This document shows positions 1 to 9,800 of a stretch of 32,000 nucleotides of DNA, one piece after another. Below the pieces are notes generated by a model that saw only the letters and a program-made list of their open reading frames with translations, did no database searches and was not told the DNA's origin. The stretch is from Geobacter sulfurreducens PCA (GTDB lineage: Bacteria; Desulfobacterota; Desulfuromonadia; Geobacterales; Geobacteraceae), in NCBI RefSeq assembly GCF_000007985.2, contig NC_002939.5, positions 1,350,001 to 1,382,000 of the forward strand, written 5' to 3'. Position numbers and translations under genes: made by a program. The first letter of the stretch is position 1; every line of letters starts with the position of its first letter.

Positions 1-266
1 GTGCCGCATTCCTTTTCACAGGCAAGTCGCGGTACGCGTACGTGAAGATAGGCTGTATAATGAAAGAAATTTTCCCGGTGCCAGATTTCCTGGACCGACT
101 CCGAAACATGGGCGTGGGCTCCGCAGCGGGGACAGCGGAATGTTCCCCCATGATAGAAATCAATGGTGATATCCATGCGCCGTTCGGTGTCGGCAAAGGT
201 TATGGCCTTGATTTCCCATGGGGCCGTGAGGCCTAATGTTGCCGCGATGAGTGCTGCTTCGGTCAT
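1..266 (-). CDS. ISL3-family transposase, N-terminal part (rest of the gene lies beyond the window start)
   Basis: Reverse-strand translation from the ATG at 266-264 gives MTEAALIAATLGLTAPWEIKAITFADTERRMDITIDFYHGGTFRCPRCGAHAHVSESVQEIWHRENFFHYTAYLHVRVPRLACEKECG and stays open to position 1. The pattern CPxCG ... W ... F ... YLH.RVPR..C..CG is the zinc-finger N-terminus typical of IS204/IS1001/IS1096/IS1165 (ISL3) transposases. It is not in the ORF track because the stop lies outside the window. Confidence 0.8.
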   Translation of the reverse strand, partial: MTEAALIAATLGLTAPWEIKAITFADTERRMDITIDFYHGGTFRCPRCGAHAHVSESVQEIWHRENFFHYTAYLHVRVPRLACEKECG

Positions 267-423
267 GGATGGTATCCCTCGACCCTGATCCGGGAGAGTT
301 TGAACTCGTTTAGTGCTGTTTATGGGCATTTACACAAAATGTGCCATGGAATTCCTGATGGCATGTTTTCTGCTGGATTCGCAGGTTAGGGCAGGCCGGC
401 TGCAGGATGGGAGTCCCTGAGCC
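1..423 (-). mobile_element. Left end of an ISL3-family insertion sequence (outer boundary approximate)
   Basis: Transposase start at 266. The stretch 267-423 looks less GC-rich by eye. The reverse complement of 411-423 reads GGCTCAGGGACTC, and many ISL3 terminal inverted repeats begin GGCTC. The other end is outside the window, so the inverted repeat and 8-bp target duplication cannot be confirmed. Confidence 0.4.
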
Positions 424-451
424 CTGTCAAATATCGGAGCAGTGAGTTGTC

Positions 452-2026
452 ATGACCAATCCCGAGCGGGCCGCACGGCGCGCGGCGCGAAAAATACGTT
501 TCTACGAGTCACCGGTCAGGATCACCATCGCCCTGGGCGGCATTATCTTCGTGGCCGAAGCCGTTGTTATGGTCGTGATGGTGCATGTCCTGCGTTTCCC
601 GGGCAGGGCACCCGTTGTCGACCTGTTTACCGATTCGCTGATGCTGCTTCTGCTCATCGCCCCGTTTCTCCACCGATTCATCTTCAAACCGATGGCCGCC
701 CAGATCGCCCAGCGAGAAGAGGCCGAGACCCGCCTAAGGAGGTATCAGTCCAACCTGGAATCGCTGGTGGAGGACCGGACTGCCCGACTGACCGAGGCAA
801 TCGAGGAGCTGGAGCGTGAAATCGTCGAGCGGAAACGGACCGAAGAGGCGCTTCTCAGGAGCGAGGAGCGTTTCCGTCAACTGTTCGAACAGACCGAGGA
901 TGCCATTATCCTCTTTCGCCCCGGCGGGTGTCGCATCATCGACGTGAATCCGGTTGCGGAGAGACTCTACGGCTTTTCCAAAAAGGAGTTCTTCGAGCTT
1001 GGGCTCGAGTCGTTGATGGGCCCCAGTGATCTCGATACGTTCTGCCGGGCCATCGGCCAGGTCAGGATGGGAGACTCGATCCGGATCGACACCATGACCC
1101 ACACCCGCAAGGACGGCTCGGAAGTCATCGTTTCGGTGCGGGGCAAAATGGTTACGATCCAGCAGGTTGACATGGTTTACTGCACTATCCGCGACATTTC
1201 GAAGCGGATTCGCCTCGAGAAGGAAAGCCGGCTGATCCAGGCAAGGCTCATTCATACCAACAAGATGACCTCCCTGGGGGTGCTCGTGGCCAGCATCGCC
1301 CACGAGATCAACAACCCGAACAACTACATCATGGTCAACTCGGAGATACTGCGCCGTTCCTGGAACGACATCTATCCGATCCTGCGCGACTATTACGACG
1401 AACATGGTGACTTTACCATTGGCGGCATCCCTTTTTCGGAGATGCGGGAGGCCTTCCCCGAACTGATTGCAGGGGTCCACGACGGTGCGCGCAGGATTCG
1501 CGATATCGTCAACAATCTCAAGGATTTTGCGCGCAACGAGGCTTGCTCAATCGCGGGAAACGTGGACGTGAACCGGGCCATAACCATGGCGGCGACCATG
1601 CTGAACCACCAGATCCGCAAGCATACGCGGCATTTCCGGCTGGAACTCGCCGAAGATCTCCCGCTTGTCCGGGGGAGCCTCCAGCAGCTCGAACAGGTCA
1701 TCATCAACCTGATCATGAATGCAATCCAGGCGTTGCCCACCGAGGAGCGGGGCGTAACGGTTTCGACCACCCGCGACGGGAACGACGGGGGGGTAGTGAT
1801 CAGGGTTGCGGACCAGGGCAGCGGCATTCCGATCGAGATCTCCGACAGCATTCTGGAGCCGTTTTTTACGACGCGCCTCGACAGCGGCGGCACGGGGCTG
1901 GGGCTCGCCATCTGCCATTCGATCGTCCGGGATCATGGGGGGGACCTGGAGTTCACGTCAGTGCCGGGCGAAGGAACTATCTTTACCGTACACCTGCCTG
2001 CCGCGAGCAATCAGGGGGTGGCATGA
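452..2026 (+). CDS. Membrane-anchored PAS-domain sensor histidine kinase
   Basis: 524-aa ORF. Two N-terminal hydrophobic helices (ITIALGGIIFVAEAVVMVVMVHVL and LFTDSLMLLLLIAPFL) with almost no loop between them. Coiled coil, then a PAS-like segment (EERFRQLFEQTEDAIILF...IIDVNPVAERLYGFSKKE). H-box SIAHEINNP, N-box INLIMNAIQA, G-boxes DQGSGI and GGTGLGLAICHSIV. Confidence 0.9.
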   Translation: MTNPERAARRAARKIRFYESPVRITIALGGIIFVAEAVVMVVMVHVLRFPGRAPVVDLFTDSLMLLLLIAPFLHRFIFKPMAAQIAQREEAETRLRRYQSNLESLVEDRTARLTEAIEELEREIVERKRTEEALLRSEERFRQLFEQTEDAIILFRPGGCRIIDVNPVAERLYGFSKKEFFELGLESLMGPSDLDTFCRAIGQVRMGDSIRIDTMTHTRKDGSEVIVSVRGKMVTIQQVDMVYCTIRDISKRIRLEKESRLIQARLIHTNKMTSLGVLVASIAHEINNPNNYIMVNSEILRRSWNDIYPILRDYYDEHGDFTIGGIPFSEMREAFPELIAGVHDGARRIRDIVNNLKDFARNEACSIAGNVDVNRAITMAATMLNHQIRKHTRHFRLELAEDLPLVRGSLQQLEQVIINLIMNAIQALPTEERGVTVSTTRDGNDGGVVIRVADQGSGIPIEISDSILEPFFTTRLDSGGTGLGLAICHSIVRDHGGDLEFTSVPGEGTIFTVHLPAASNQGVA

Positions 2027-2053
2027 TATCGTACACGTCGGGGGAGGTGTTAC

Positions 2054-3463
2054 ATGACAACTGAGACGGCGCAGACCATCGTGCTGGTGGATGACGAGGA
2101 AAACATACTCAAGGCATCGCGTCTGATTCTGCTCGGCAACGGCTTCGGCAACGTGGTGACGCTGCAGGACAGCAGGCAGCTGATGCCCCTGCTGGAGCAG
2201 GGAGGCGTGGCGGCAGTGGTACTCGACCTGTTTATGCCCCACCTGTCGGGGACCGAGCTTCTCCCCCTGATAGTGGAGCGTTTTCCCCACATTCCGGCCA
2301 TCGTCATGACCGCCGTCGATGAAACCGAGACCGCCGTCACCTGCATGAAGTCAGGGGCCTTTGACTACCTGGTGAAGCCGGTGGAATCGGGGCGCCTGAT
2401 CGCCAGCGTGACCAAGGCGCTGGAGATGGGAGCCATGAGTCGCGAGCTGAATTCCCTGAAAGAATGCCTTCTGGACGACCGGCTCGACCATCCCGAGGCC
2501 TTCGCGTCCATCGTCACCGACAGCAAGAAGATGCGTGCGGTGTTCCAGTACCTGGAGGTGGTCTCCCGTTCCCGCCAGCCGATTCTGGTTACGGGCGAAA
2601 CCGGAGTGGGCAAGGAGCTGTTTGCCCGGGCGGTGCACGAACTGAGCGGCGTCAGGGGTGAGTTCGTGGCAGTGAATGTGGCCGGGCTCGACGATGTCAT
2701 GTTCTCGGACACCCTGTTCGGGCACAAGAAGGGGGCGTTCACCGGTGCCGACCAGGCCCGTGACGGCCTCATCGCGAGGGCGGCCGGCGGCACGCTCTTC
2801 CTCGACGAGATCGGAGACCTGAACGAGGCTTCCCAGATCAAGCTGTTGCGGCTGTTGCAGGAAAAGGAATACTATCCGGTGGGGTCCGACATGGCGCGCA
2901 AGAGCGAAGCACGGATAGTCTGCGCCACCAACCGGGATCTCAAGAAGCAGATCGAGAAAGAGGCGTTCCGCAACGACCTCTATTACCGGCTCTGCGCCCA
3001 CCAGGTCCAGATTCCGCCCCTGCGGGAGCGTCTGGAGGACCTGCCGCTGCTGATCGATTATTTTCTGGGAGAGGCAGCCGCCTCTCTGGGCCGGAAAAAG
3101 CCGACACCTCCTCCCGAACTCCTGACGCTGCTCTCGGTCTATTCCTTCCCGGGAAACGTCAGGGAGCTGCAGGCACTTATCCATGACGCCGTGGCCAGGC
3201 ACGGTTCTGGGGTCCTTTCCCTCGACAGTTTCAGGAACATCATCGGCGGCGATGCCGTCCAGCTCATCCCACAGACCGCCGTCACATCTTCCGATGATCC
3301 CCTGTCCGCCATTTTCGGCCGTTTCCCCACGGTGAGAGAGGTGGAAGATTACCTGATGGCTGAGGCCATGAAGCGGGCCAGAGGAAATCAGGGAATCGCC
3401 GCAACCATGCTCGGCATCACCCGCCAGACGCTTAACAAGCGCCTTCAGGCGAAAAAAGGGTAA
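2054..3463 (+). CDS. Sigma-54-dependent response regulator (NtrC family enhancer-binding protein)
   Basis: 469-aa ORF, 27 nt after the kinase. REC domain (VLVDDEE, phospho-acceptor context VVLDLFMP, LVKP). AAA+ domain with Walker A GETGVGKE, the sigma-54 contact loop GAFTGA, Walker B LFLDEIG and RNDLYYRL. C-terminal Fis-type HTH GNQGIAATMLGITRQTLNKRLQ. Confidence 0.92.
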   Translation: MTTETAQTIVLVDDEENILKASRLILLGNGFGNVVTLQDSRQLMPLLEQGGVAAVVLDLFMPHLSGTELLPLIVERFPHIPAIVMTAVDETETAVTCMKSGAFDYLVKPVESGRLIASVTKALEMGAMSRELNSLKECLLDDRLDHPEAFASIVTDSKKMRAVFQYLEVVSRSRQPILVTGETGVGKELFARAVHELSGVRGEFVAVNVAGLDDVMFSDTLFGHKKGAFTGADQARDGLIARAAGGTLFLDEIGDLNEASQIKLLRLLQEKEYYPVGSDMARKSEARIVCATNRDLKKQIEKEAFRNDLYYRLCAHQVQIPPLRERLEDLPLLIDYFLGEAAASLGRKKPTPPPELLTLLSVYSFPGNVRELQALIHDAVARHGSGVLSLDSFRNIIGGDAVQLIPQTAVTSSDDPLSAIFGRFPTVREVEDYLMAEAMKRARGNQGIAATMLGITRQTLNKRLQAKKG

Positions 3464-3552
3464 CCCGCCGCCGTCCCCTATCCCATCAACCGCCCTGCAT
3501 GACCGTCGTGCTTGCGGGGCTGGGCCGCAATGGCCTGCCACCTCGATTCACC

Positions 3553-3571
3553 GTGTAACGAATTGTTACAC
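3553..3571. promoter_or_regulatory. Candidate enhancer-binding-protein upstream activating site (palindrome GTGTAAC-N5-GTTACAC)
   Basis: Perfect 7-bp inverted arms GTGTAAC / GTTACAC separated by GAATT. It lies about 175 nt upstream of the -24/-12 candidates, the usual distance for NtrC-family sites. Only one clear copy was seen. Confidence 0.35.
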
Positions 3572-3701
3572 CCCTCTCTTAACTGCTTTGAATCTGGGAG
3601 TAATTCTTTCCTGTAGACTCTTGTCCGGCTTGAATCCGATCATTGCCGTGACACCCCTTCAGTAACTCATCAAACTCCATACCTCACAATAAGTGTAGTG
3701 A

Positions 3702-3714
3702 TATCAAATTGTTG
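3702..3714 (+). promoter_or_regulatory. Candidate IHF binding site
   Basis: TATCAAATTGTTG matches the IHF core consensus WATCAANNNNTTR at every specified position. It sits between the palindrome at 3553-3571 and the -24/-12 candidates. Confidence 0.35.
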
Positions 3715-3729
3715 CGATATTGTGTCGTC

Positions 3730-3767
3730 TGGCATTGTTTTTGATTGAGGGTGGGCACCAATTCTGT
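3730..3767 (+). promoter_or_regulatory. Candidate sigma-54 (-24/-12) promoter(s) for the downstream cluster
   Basis: Two candidates against the consensus TGGCACG-N4-TTGCW. At 3730-3744, TGGCATTGTTTTTGA has the GG and TTG at correct spacing but the -12 C is replaced by A. At 3753-3767, GGGCACCAATTCTGT has GGCAC plus TG at correct spacing. Both are imperfect at the -12 GC. They lie 72-109 nt upstream of the ATG at 3839. Confidence 0.4.
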
Positions 3768-3838
3768 AATCACAAGGGCTGTTCCCGTTGTCAGCCGGGA
3801 ATTGATCCGCAAGCCACGTTGGGCAGGAGGTTGTCCGG

Positions 3839-6800
3839 ATGAATGTTACTACACTATGGGGTGGATGGTTCAAGGCGCTACTTGCGGCGGCATTTATCCT
3901 GGCCACCCTTGGTGCTCCGGCCGCTGGATGGAGCGCCGTGCCGCACGTGGCGGCCGGCGGGAACCATGTGCTGACCCTCCGTTCGGACGGGACCCTCTGG
4001 GCGGCCGGCTCCAACCAGTTTGGACAATTGGGCGACGGTACGGGCATAAACCGGACGTCACCGGTGCAGGTGCCCGGCACATGGAAGACCGTGGCTGCCG
4101 GGACCACCCACTCGCTGGGCATCAAGGCCGACGGTTCGCTCTGGGCTTGGGGGTCGAACCTGTTCGGCCAACTGGGACAGCCGCTCGTCAACGGGCAGTT
4201 GGCAACGAACAAATTTTCCCCCATCCGCATCGGCACCGGTAATGACTGGGTGGCCGTATCGGCCGGCGAGTTGACCTCCTTCGGCCTCAAGGGGGACGGT
4301 ACCCTCTGGTCCTGGGGGAACAACCTCTTCGGTGAGCTTGGAGACGGCACCACGGTGAGCCGGCCTCAACCCGTGCAGGTAGTGGCAGATCCCCTCAGCA
4401 ACGGCAGATATGTGGCAGTGGCAGCCGGTGGCGAGCATGCCCTCGCGCTCCAGGCCGACGGCACGCTCTGGGCCTGGGGGGCCAACCTGACGGGGCAGCT
4501 GGGAACCGGGGGGACGGGAATCCTGCCGAATCCAACTCCTCTCAAGATCGGTACGGATCGGGACTGGACCGCAATTTCGGCTGGTGAGATGCATTCCGTT
4601 GCCCTCAAAGCCGACGGGTCGCTGTGGAGCTGGGGGCAGAACCTGTTCGGCGAACTGGGCAACGGCGTTGCCCTGCCGGGCGCCAATGTGACGACCCCCA
4701 CCCGTGTCGGAACGGGGAGCGACTGGGTCGCCATCGCCGCTGGGGCGCTCCATACCGTCGCCCTTCATCGCAACGGCACGGTCTCGGCATGGGGCAACAA
4801 TGCCCAGGGCGCGGTGGGCGACGGTACGGTTGCCAACAGAAGCACCCCGACCCTGATCGTCGCTCCGGTCACACTTGTCAATAACGTCGCCATAGCCGCC
4901 GGCACTGGCGTTTCCTTCTCCGTCCTGGCCAACGGCACCGTGTTCGGCTGGGGCGGCAACGGTGCCGGCCAACTGGGCAACGGCACCTTCGGGGCGGTTA
5001 CTGCACCCACGGTCCTCTCCGCCGGGGCATCTGCCTGGCTCGGCGTGGAGCCGGGCGGGGCATTTTCGCTGGGCCTTCGCTCCAACGGAACCCTATGGGC
5101 CTGGGGCGGCAACGCGAGCGGCCAGTTGGGTGACGGCACCACAACCCCCTCAGCCATCCCCGTGCCGGTTGTGGGCGGTGCCGGGAACTGGCGGACCACC
5201 GCCACGGGCACGGCCCACTCCGTTGCCGTCAGAGCCGACGGAACACTCTGGGCCTGGGGCGACAACAGCAGCGGCCAGCTCGGTATCGGTTCCACGGTTG
5301 CCGCGTCGACGCCGCAGCAGATTACGGTGACCAATCCCGCCTCGGCCGGCAATGACTGGACCGCCGTAGCGGGTGGAGGAGCTCACTCCCTCGGACTCAA
5401 GGCCGACGGAACGCTCTGGTCTTGGGGCGACAACACCTTCGGGCAATTGGGCGACGGCACCGGCACCTCCAACAGGACCACGCCGGTTCAGATCGTTACC
5501 GGCAATCCCGGCAATTTCGACCGGAACTGGGTGGCCGTGGCGGCCGGCGGAGTGTTCTCGCTGGCCCTCCAGGCCGATGGCACCATCTGGACCTGGGGCG
5601 ATAACAGCCTTCTTCAGCTGGGGACCGATCCGGCGATGCTGACCCCGGCCACCCAGCGCAACGTGCCGGCCCAGCTCGCGGTGGCGAGCCCCCCCTCGAC
5701 CGCCTTCAACAGCAGCTGGGTTGCCATCGCCGCCGGTCAGGATCACGGCCTCTCCCTGCAGGCGGACGGAACCCTCTGGGCCTGGGGAGCCAACAGTGTC
5801 GGGCAGTTGGGCAATGGCGTAACTACAGCCACTTTTACGCCGGTTCAGGTTATTAATGCTGAGGGCGTTCCCTACGTCTCCCTTGCGGCAGGCACCTCCC
5901 ACTCCCTTGCCGGCCGGTCTGACGGCACCCTCTGGGCCTGGGGGAACAATACCAGCGGCCAACTCGGCACGGGCCCCCATCCCGGCGATGCCGATCCGCT
6001 CAATCCCCAGCCCCACACCGTTCCGGCCCGGATTCTCACGTCGAATCCCGTGTCTGCGGCCGATGACTGGCTTGTCGCTACGGCGGGCGGGAGCCATTCC
6101 GCTGCCCTGAAGAGCAACGGTACGCTGTGGACGTGGGGGCAGAACACCTCGGGGCAGCTGGGCAACGGTACCACCACCGAGGCCGATATCCCCACCGCGC
6201 TCCTGGAGCCCCGTATCTCCGTGTCGCCCGCCAGTCTGGCGTTCGGCCCGGCCCCCATCGGCATCCCGCCGTCGCCGACCCGTACCCTCACCATCACCAA
6301 CCTGGGCTCGGCGCCGCTGTCGGCAGCTATCGCCAGCAACAATGCCGCATTCACCGTCAATCCGGCCGCCTGTAACAATCTGCCGCCCGCCGGCTTCTGC
6401 GAAATTACCGTAACGTTTGTCCCGGCGCTCCCCGTGGGGGTGAAAAGCGCCACGCTCACCATTACTTCCAATGATCCGGTTACTCCGCTGGTCTCTGTCG
6501 GTGCGACCGGGACGGCTGCGAATCCGTTCTTCATTACGGCTTCCGTTGATCCTGCCTCGCCGGTCGGCAGCGGCACCATCTCACCGGCGGGAGTACAGGC
6601 GGTCGCCGCCGGGGGAGGGGCCACCTATACGATCACGGCCGCCAGCGGCTACGCCATCGTGGACGTGATCGTGAACGGCGTTTCCCGGGGACCCATCGGC
6701 TCGTACACCTTTGTCAATGTCCAGCAGGACCAGTCCATCATCGCCCTGTTCGCCGCATCCGTGACGATCAGCGCTTCCTCGGGACCCGGGGGGATCATCA

Positions 6801-9800
6801 GCCCCACCGGCACCGTCAGCCTGCCGCTGGGTGGAAGCCAGAAGTTCACGATCACGCCGAACCCGGGCTATGCCATTGCCGGCGTGAACGTCATCGAGAT
6901 GGTTGAGCAACTGGATGTGAACGGCAACGGTACCGGCATCTTCAATCCGGTCCCCCGGGCGCTGGGCCCGGTCTCGTCCTTCACGTTCTTTTCGGTGCGC
7001 GCCAACGGTTCGAGCATTTCAGCAACATTCGTCCCCCGCGAACTCCATGAGTGGAGCTGGCAGAATCCGAAGCCCCAGGGACAGGCCATCAGTCGCATTG
7101 CCACGGACGGCAACGGCACCTACGTGGCAGTGGGCGAATTCGGCACCATCCTCACCTCCACCGACAGTGTCAACTGGACCGTGCGGACTTTCGGCTCGGT
7201 CAACCTCAACAGCGTTGCCTATGGCGGCAACCATACCTTCGTGGCCGTGGGCAGCTACGGCAGGATCCTGCTCTCCACCGACGACGGGGCCACCTGGACG
7301 GTCCAGAGCTCGGGGGTGACGGCCAGCCTCAGGGGAGTCGCCCACAGCGGGACGGTCTTCGCCGCGGTCGGTGTTACGGAAAACAACCCCAATTTCCCCT
7401 ATGAACCGCGAACCGCCATCCTGACCTCGCCGGACGGCGTGACCTGGACGTCGCGCTTCCTTGATCAGCCGTTCAACGGCACCCTGAATCTGTTCGACGT
7501 GGCCTACGGCGGCGGCAGGTTCGTTGCCGTGGGCATGGAAGGGCACGTGGTCATCTCCGAGGACAATGGCGGCAGCTGGACCGCGCTGCCTTCCGACCCG
7601 GTGACGCGTCCCACCAATCTCAACGGCGTGGCCTTCGGCGCCGGAACGTTCGTTGCCGCGGGAGACTTCGGCCAGATCGTCACCTCGACCGATGGATCCA
7701 ACTGGGTGAACCGGCCGCTGATGTCGGTGGCCGAGCTGAAAGGGGTCGGCTTCGGCACCATCTCCGACCCGCTCTTCGCGGGCAACCTGCTTCAGGTCTT
7801 TACGGTGGTTGGAACCGACGGCGAAATTCTCACCTCGGAAGATGCCGGCACCACCTGGACGTTCCGTACCTCCGGCCTTGCGGCCGGTGGAGCCGGTCCG
7901 ATGCTCCAGGCGGCCATGGTGGGACTCAACAGGGGAGTCACTCCCTTCGTGCCCACGGTCATTGTCGCCGGCAGCGAAGGTAACTTGCTCGCGTCGTCCG
8001 ACACGATTGACTGGACGAATCTGTTCACCACCATCACCCGTTACCCCCTGCGTTCCATTGCCTGGGGCAACGGCACCTTTGTTGCCGTGGGCGACGGAGA
8101 CCCCGGCACCACGCTGCATCCACCGATTTCCGCGCCCACGGTCCTTACCTCCACCAACACGGGCCTTACCTGGACCAGGCGCTACCTCAGTCCGGGCCAC
8201 AACATCCGCGGCATCGCATACGGCAACGGCGTATTCGTAGCCGTTGGCGCCAGCGGCTACGACCTGGACCAGAACGCCAGCCGTCAGGCCATCATCCTGA
8301 CCTCCACCAACGGCATCACCTGGACCCCCAGGAACTCCGGCACCTTCCTCAATCTCAATGCCGTCACCTTCGCCAACGGCAGATTCGTGGCGGTCAGCGA
8401 CTACAACGCCACCGGCGACGTGGCCGATGAGGGCGCCCTGATTCTGGTCTCCACCAACGGTATCACCTGGAACACGATCAGGAAGATCACCAGCACGGCC
8501 GGAAACCTGCGCAGCGTGATCGCCGGGACCAACGGCACCACGCCGGCGTTAGTAGCGGTGGGCGACTTCGGGACGGTCCTGAGGTCGATCGATAACGGAC
8601 AGAACTGGACCGAGGTCACCAGCGGCACCATCAATTTTGCCGAGCTGAACGGGATTGCATTCAACAACACGTCCAACACCTATGCGGCTATCGGTATCAC
8701 CAGCGAGGTGTTTACCTCCACTGATAACGGTGCCACCTGGAGCATGAGGTCCCTGCCGGTAGACGATACCCTGCTGGTCAGGATGGAGGGGATCACCTAC
8801 GCCTACGGCTCGTTCGTGGCGGTGGGCAACGACAACCACATCCTCACTTCGCCCGACGGTGCCAGCTGGACCATCAATATTGGCGCGGAATACATCAACA
8901 GCAGCCTCTACGGCGTGGCAGCCGGCAACGGCAGCTACATCGCGGTGGGGAGCGACGGGACGATCCTGCAGTCCAACCGCTTGCTCGACAATCCGCCGAT
9001 CATCGGCGTAGACCCCACCAGCCTGACATTCGACATCACCCCCGAGGGTACCCTGTCCGCGGGCCAGGTCATCACCATCAGCAACCTGGGGATCAATGAT
9101 CTGACCATCGGCGCTCTTGGCTTCGACGGCTCGGACGCAGGTGAGTTCACCGTCAGCGAGGATTTCTGCTCTCAGGCCGTCATTCCGGCCACCGGCAGCT
9201 GCACCGTTGTCGTCACCTTCGCGCCGACCGGGGCAGGCGTCAAGTCCGCCGAACTGAAGATCCCGTCCAACGATCCGGACAGCAACGATATCGAGGTGCC
9301 CGTGAGCGGAACGGCCATTCCCCGTTACCTCCTGACGGTGACCAACGCCGGCAACGGCACCGGCAGCATCGCCAGCAGTCCGGCGGGAATCAGCATTACG
9401 AACAGCGCCGCCGGAGCGAACAGTTCGGCGCTGTTCGTGGTCGATACGGCAGTGACCCTGACCGCGACTCCTGCCGTCGGCTCCATCTTCGAGGGCTGGT
9501 CCGGCGCCGGGGCCGGGGCGTGCAGCGGCACAACCACCCCCTGCACCCTGACCATGTCCCAGGCCCGGAACGTGACGGCCACCTTCACCCGGAAGTTCAT
9601 CATCACCGCCACGGCCGGCGCCAACGGCAGCATATCGCCGGCGGGCCAGGTCCTGGTGAATCCCGGTGCGAACCAGGCGTTCACCATCACCCCGGCACCG
9701 GGCTACAGCGTTTTCGGCGTACTGGTCAACGGACTGTCGGTGGGGGCCGTCACGAGTCACACCTTCACCGCCGTCAATGCCGACCAGACGATCAGCGCCA

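Noticed and set aside
42-236. 64-aa plus-strand ORF at the window start
   Set aside because: It lies entirely antisense to the clearly recognisable ISL3 transposase N-terminus (1-266, minus strand) and has no recognisable motif or ribosome-binding site.
349-356. GGAATTCC palindrome and nearby short dyads in the IS end
   Set aside because: It is short and expected by chance in a ~150-nt lower-GC stretch. There is no second copy or positional logic.
3512-3530. Hairpin TTGCGG-N7-CCGCAA after the sigma-54 activator gene, considered as a terminator
   Set aside because: It has only a 6-bp stem and no following T-run, so it is not convincing as an intrinsic terminator. Read-through from the regulator operon into the cluster therefore cannot be excluded.
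3944-6205. RCC1 repeat array considered as recombination-prone DNA repeats or a recent expansion
   Set aside because: The recurring DGTLWAWG cores are encoded with many synonymous differences between units (for example gacggcaccctctgggcctggggg, gacggttcgctctgggcttggggg, gatggcaccatctggacctggggc). I saw no long identical DNA stretches, so the repeats look ancient and conserved at the protein level.
6914-6937. DVNGNGTG loop inside the second B-repeat-like domain of the giant protein, considered as a dockerin partner for the cohesin protein
   Set aside because: It is a single short Asp/Asn/Gly loop without the following acidic positions or helix pattern of a dockerin repeat. It is more likely an incidental calcium-type loop or insertion.
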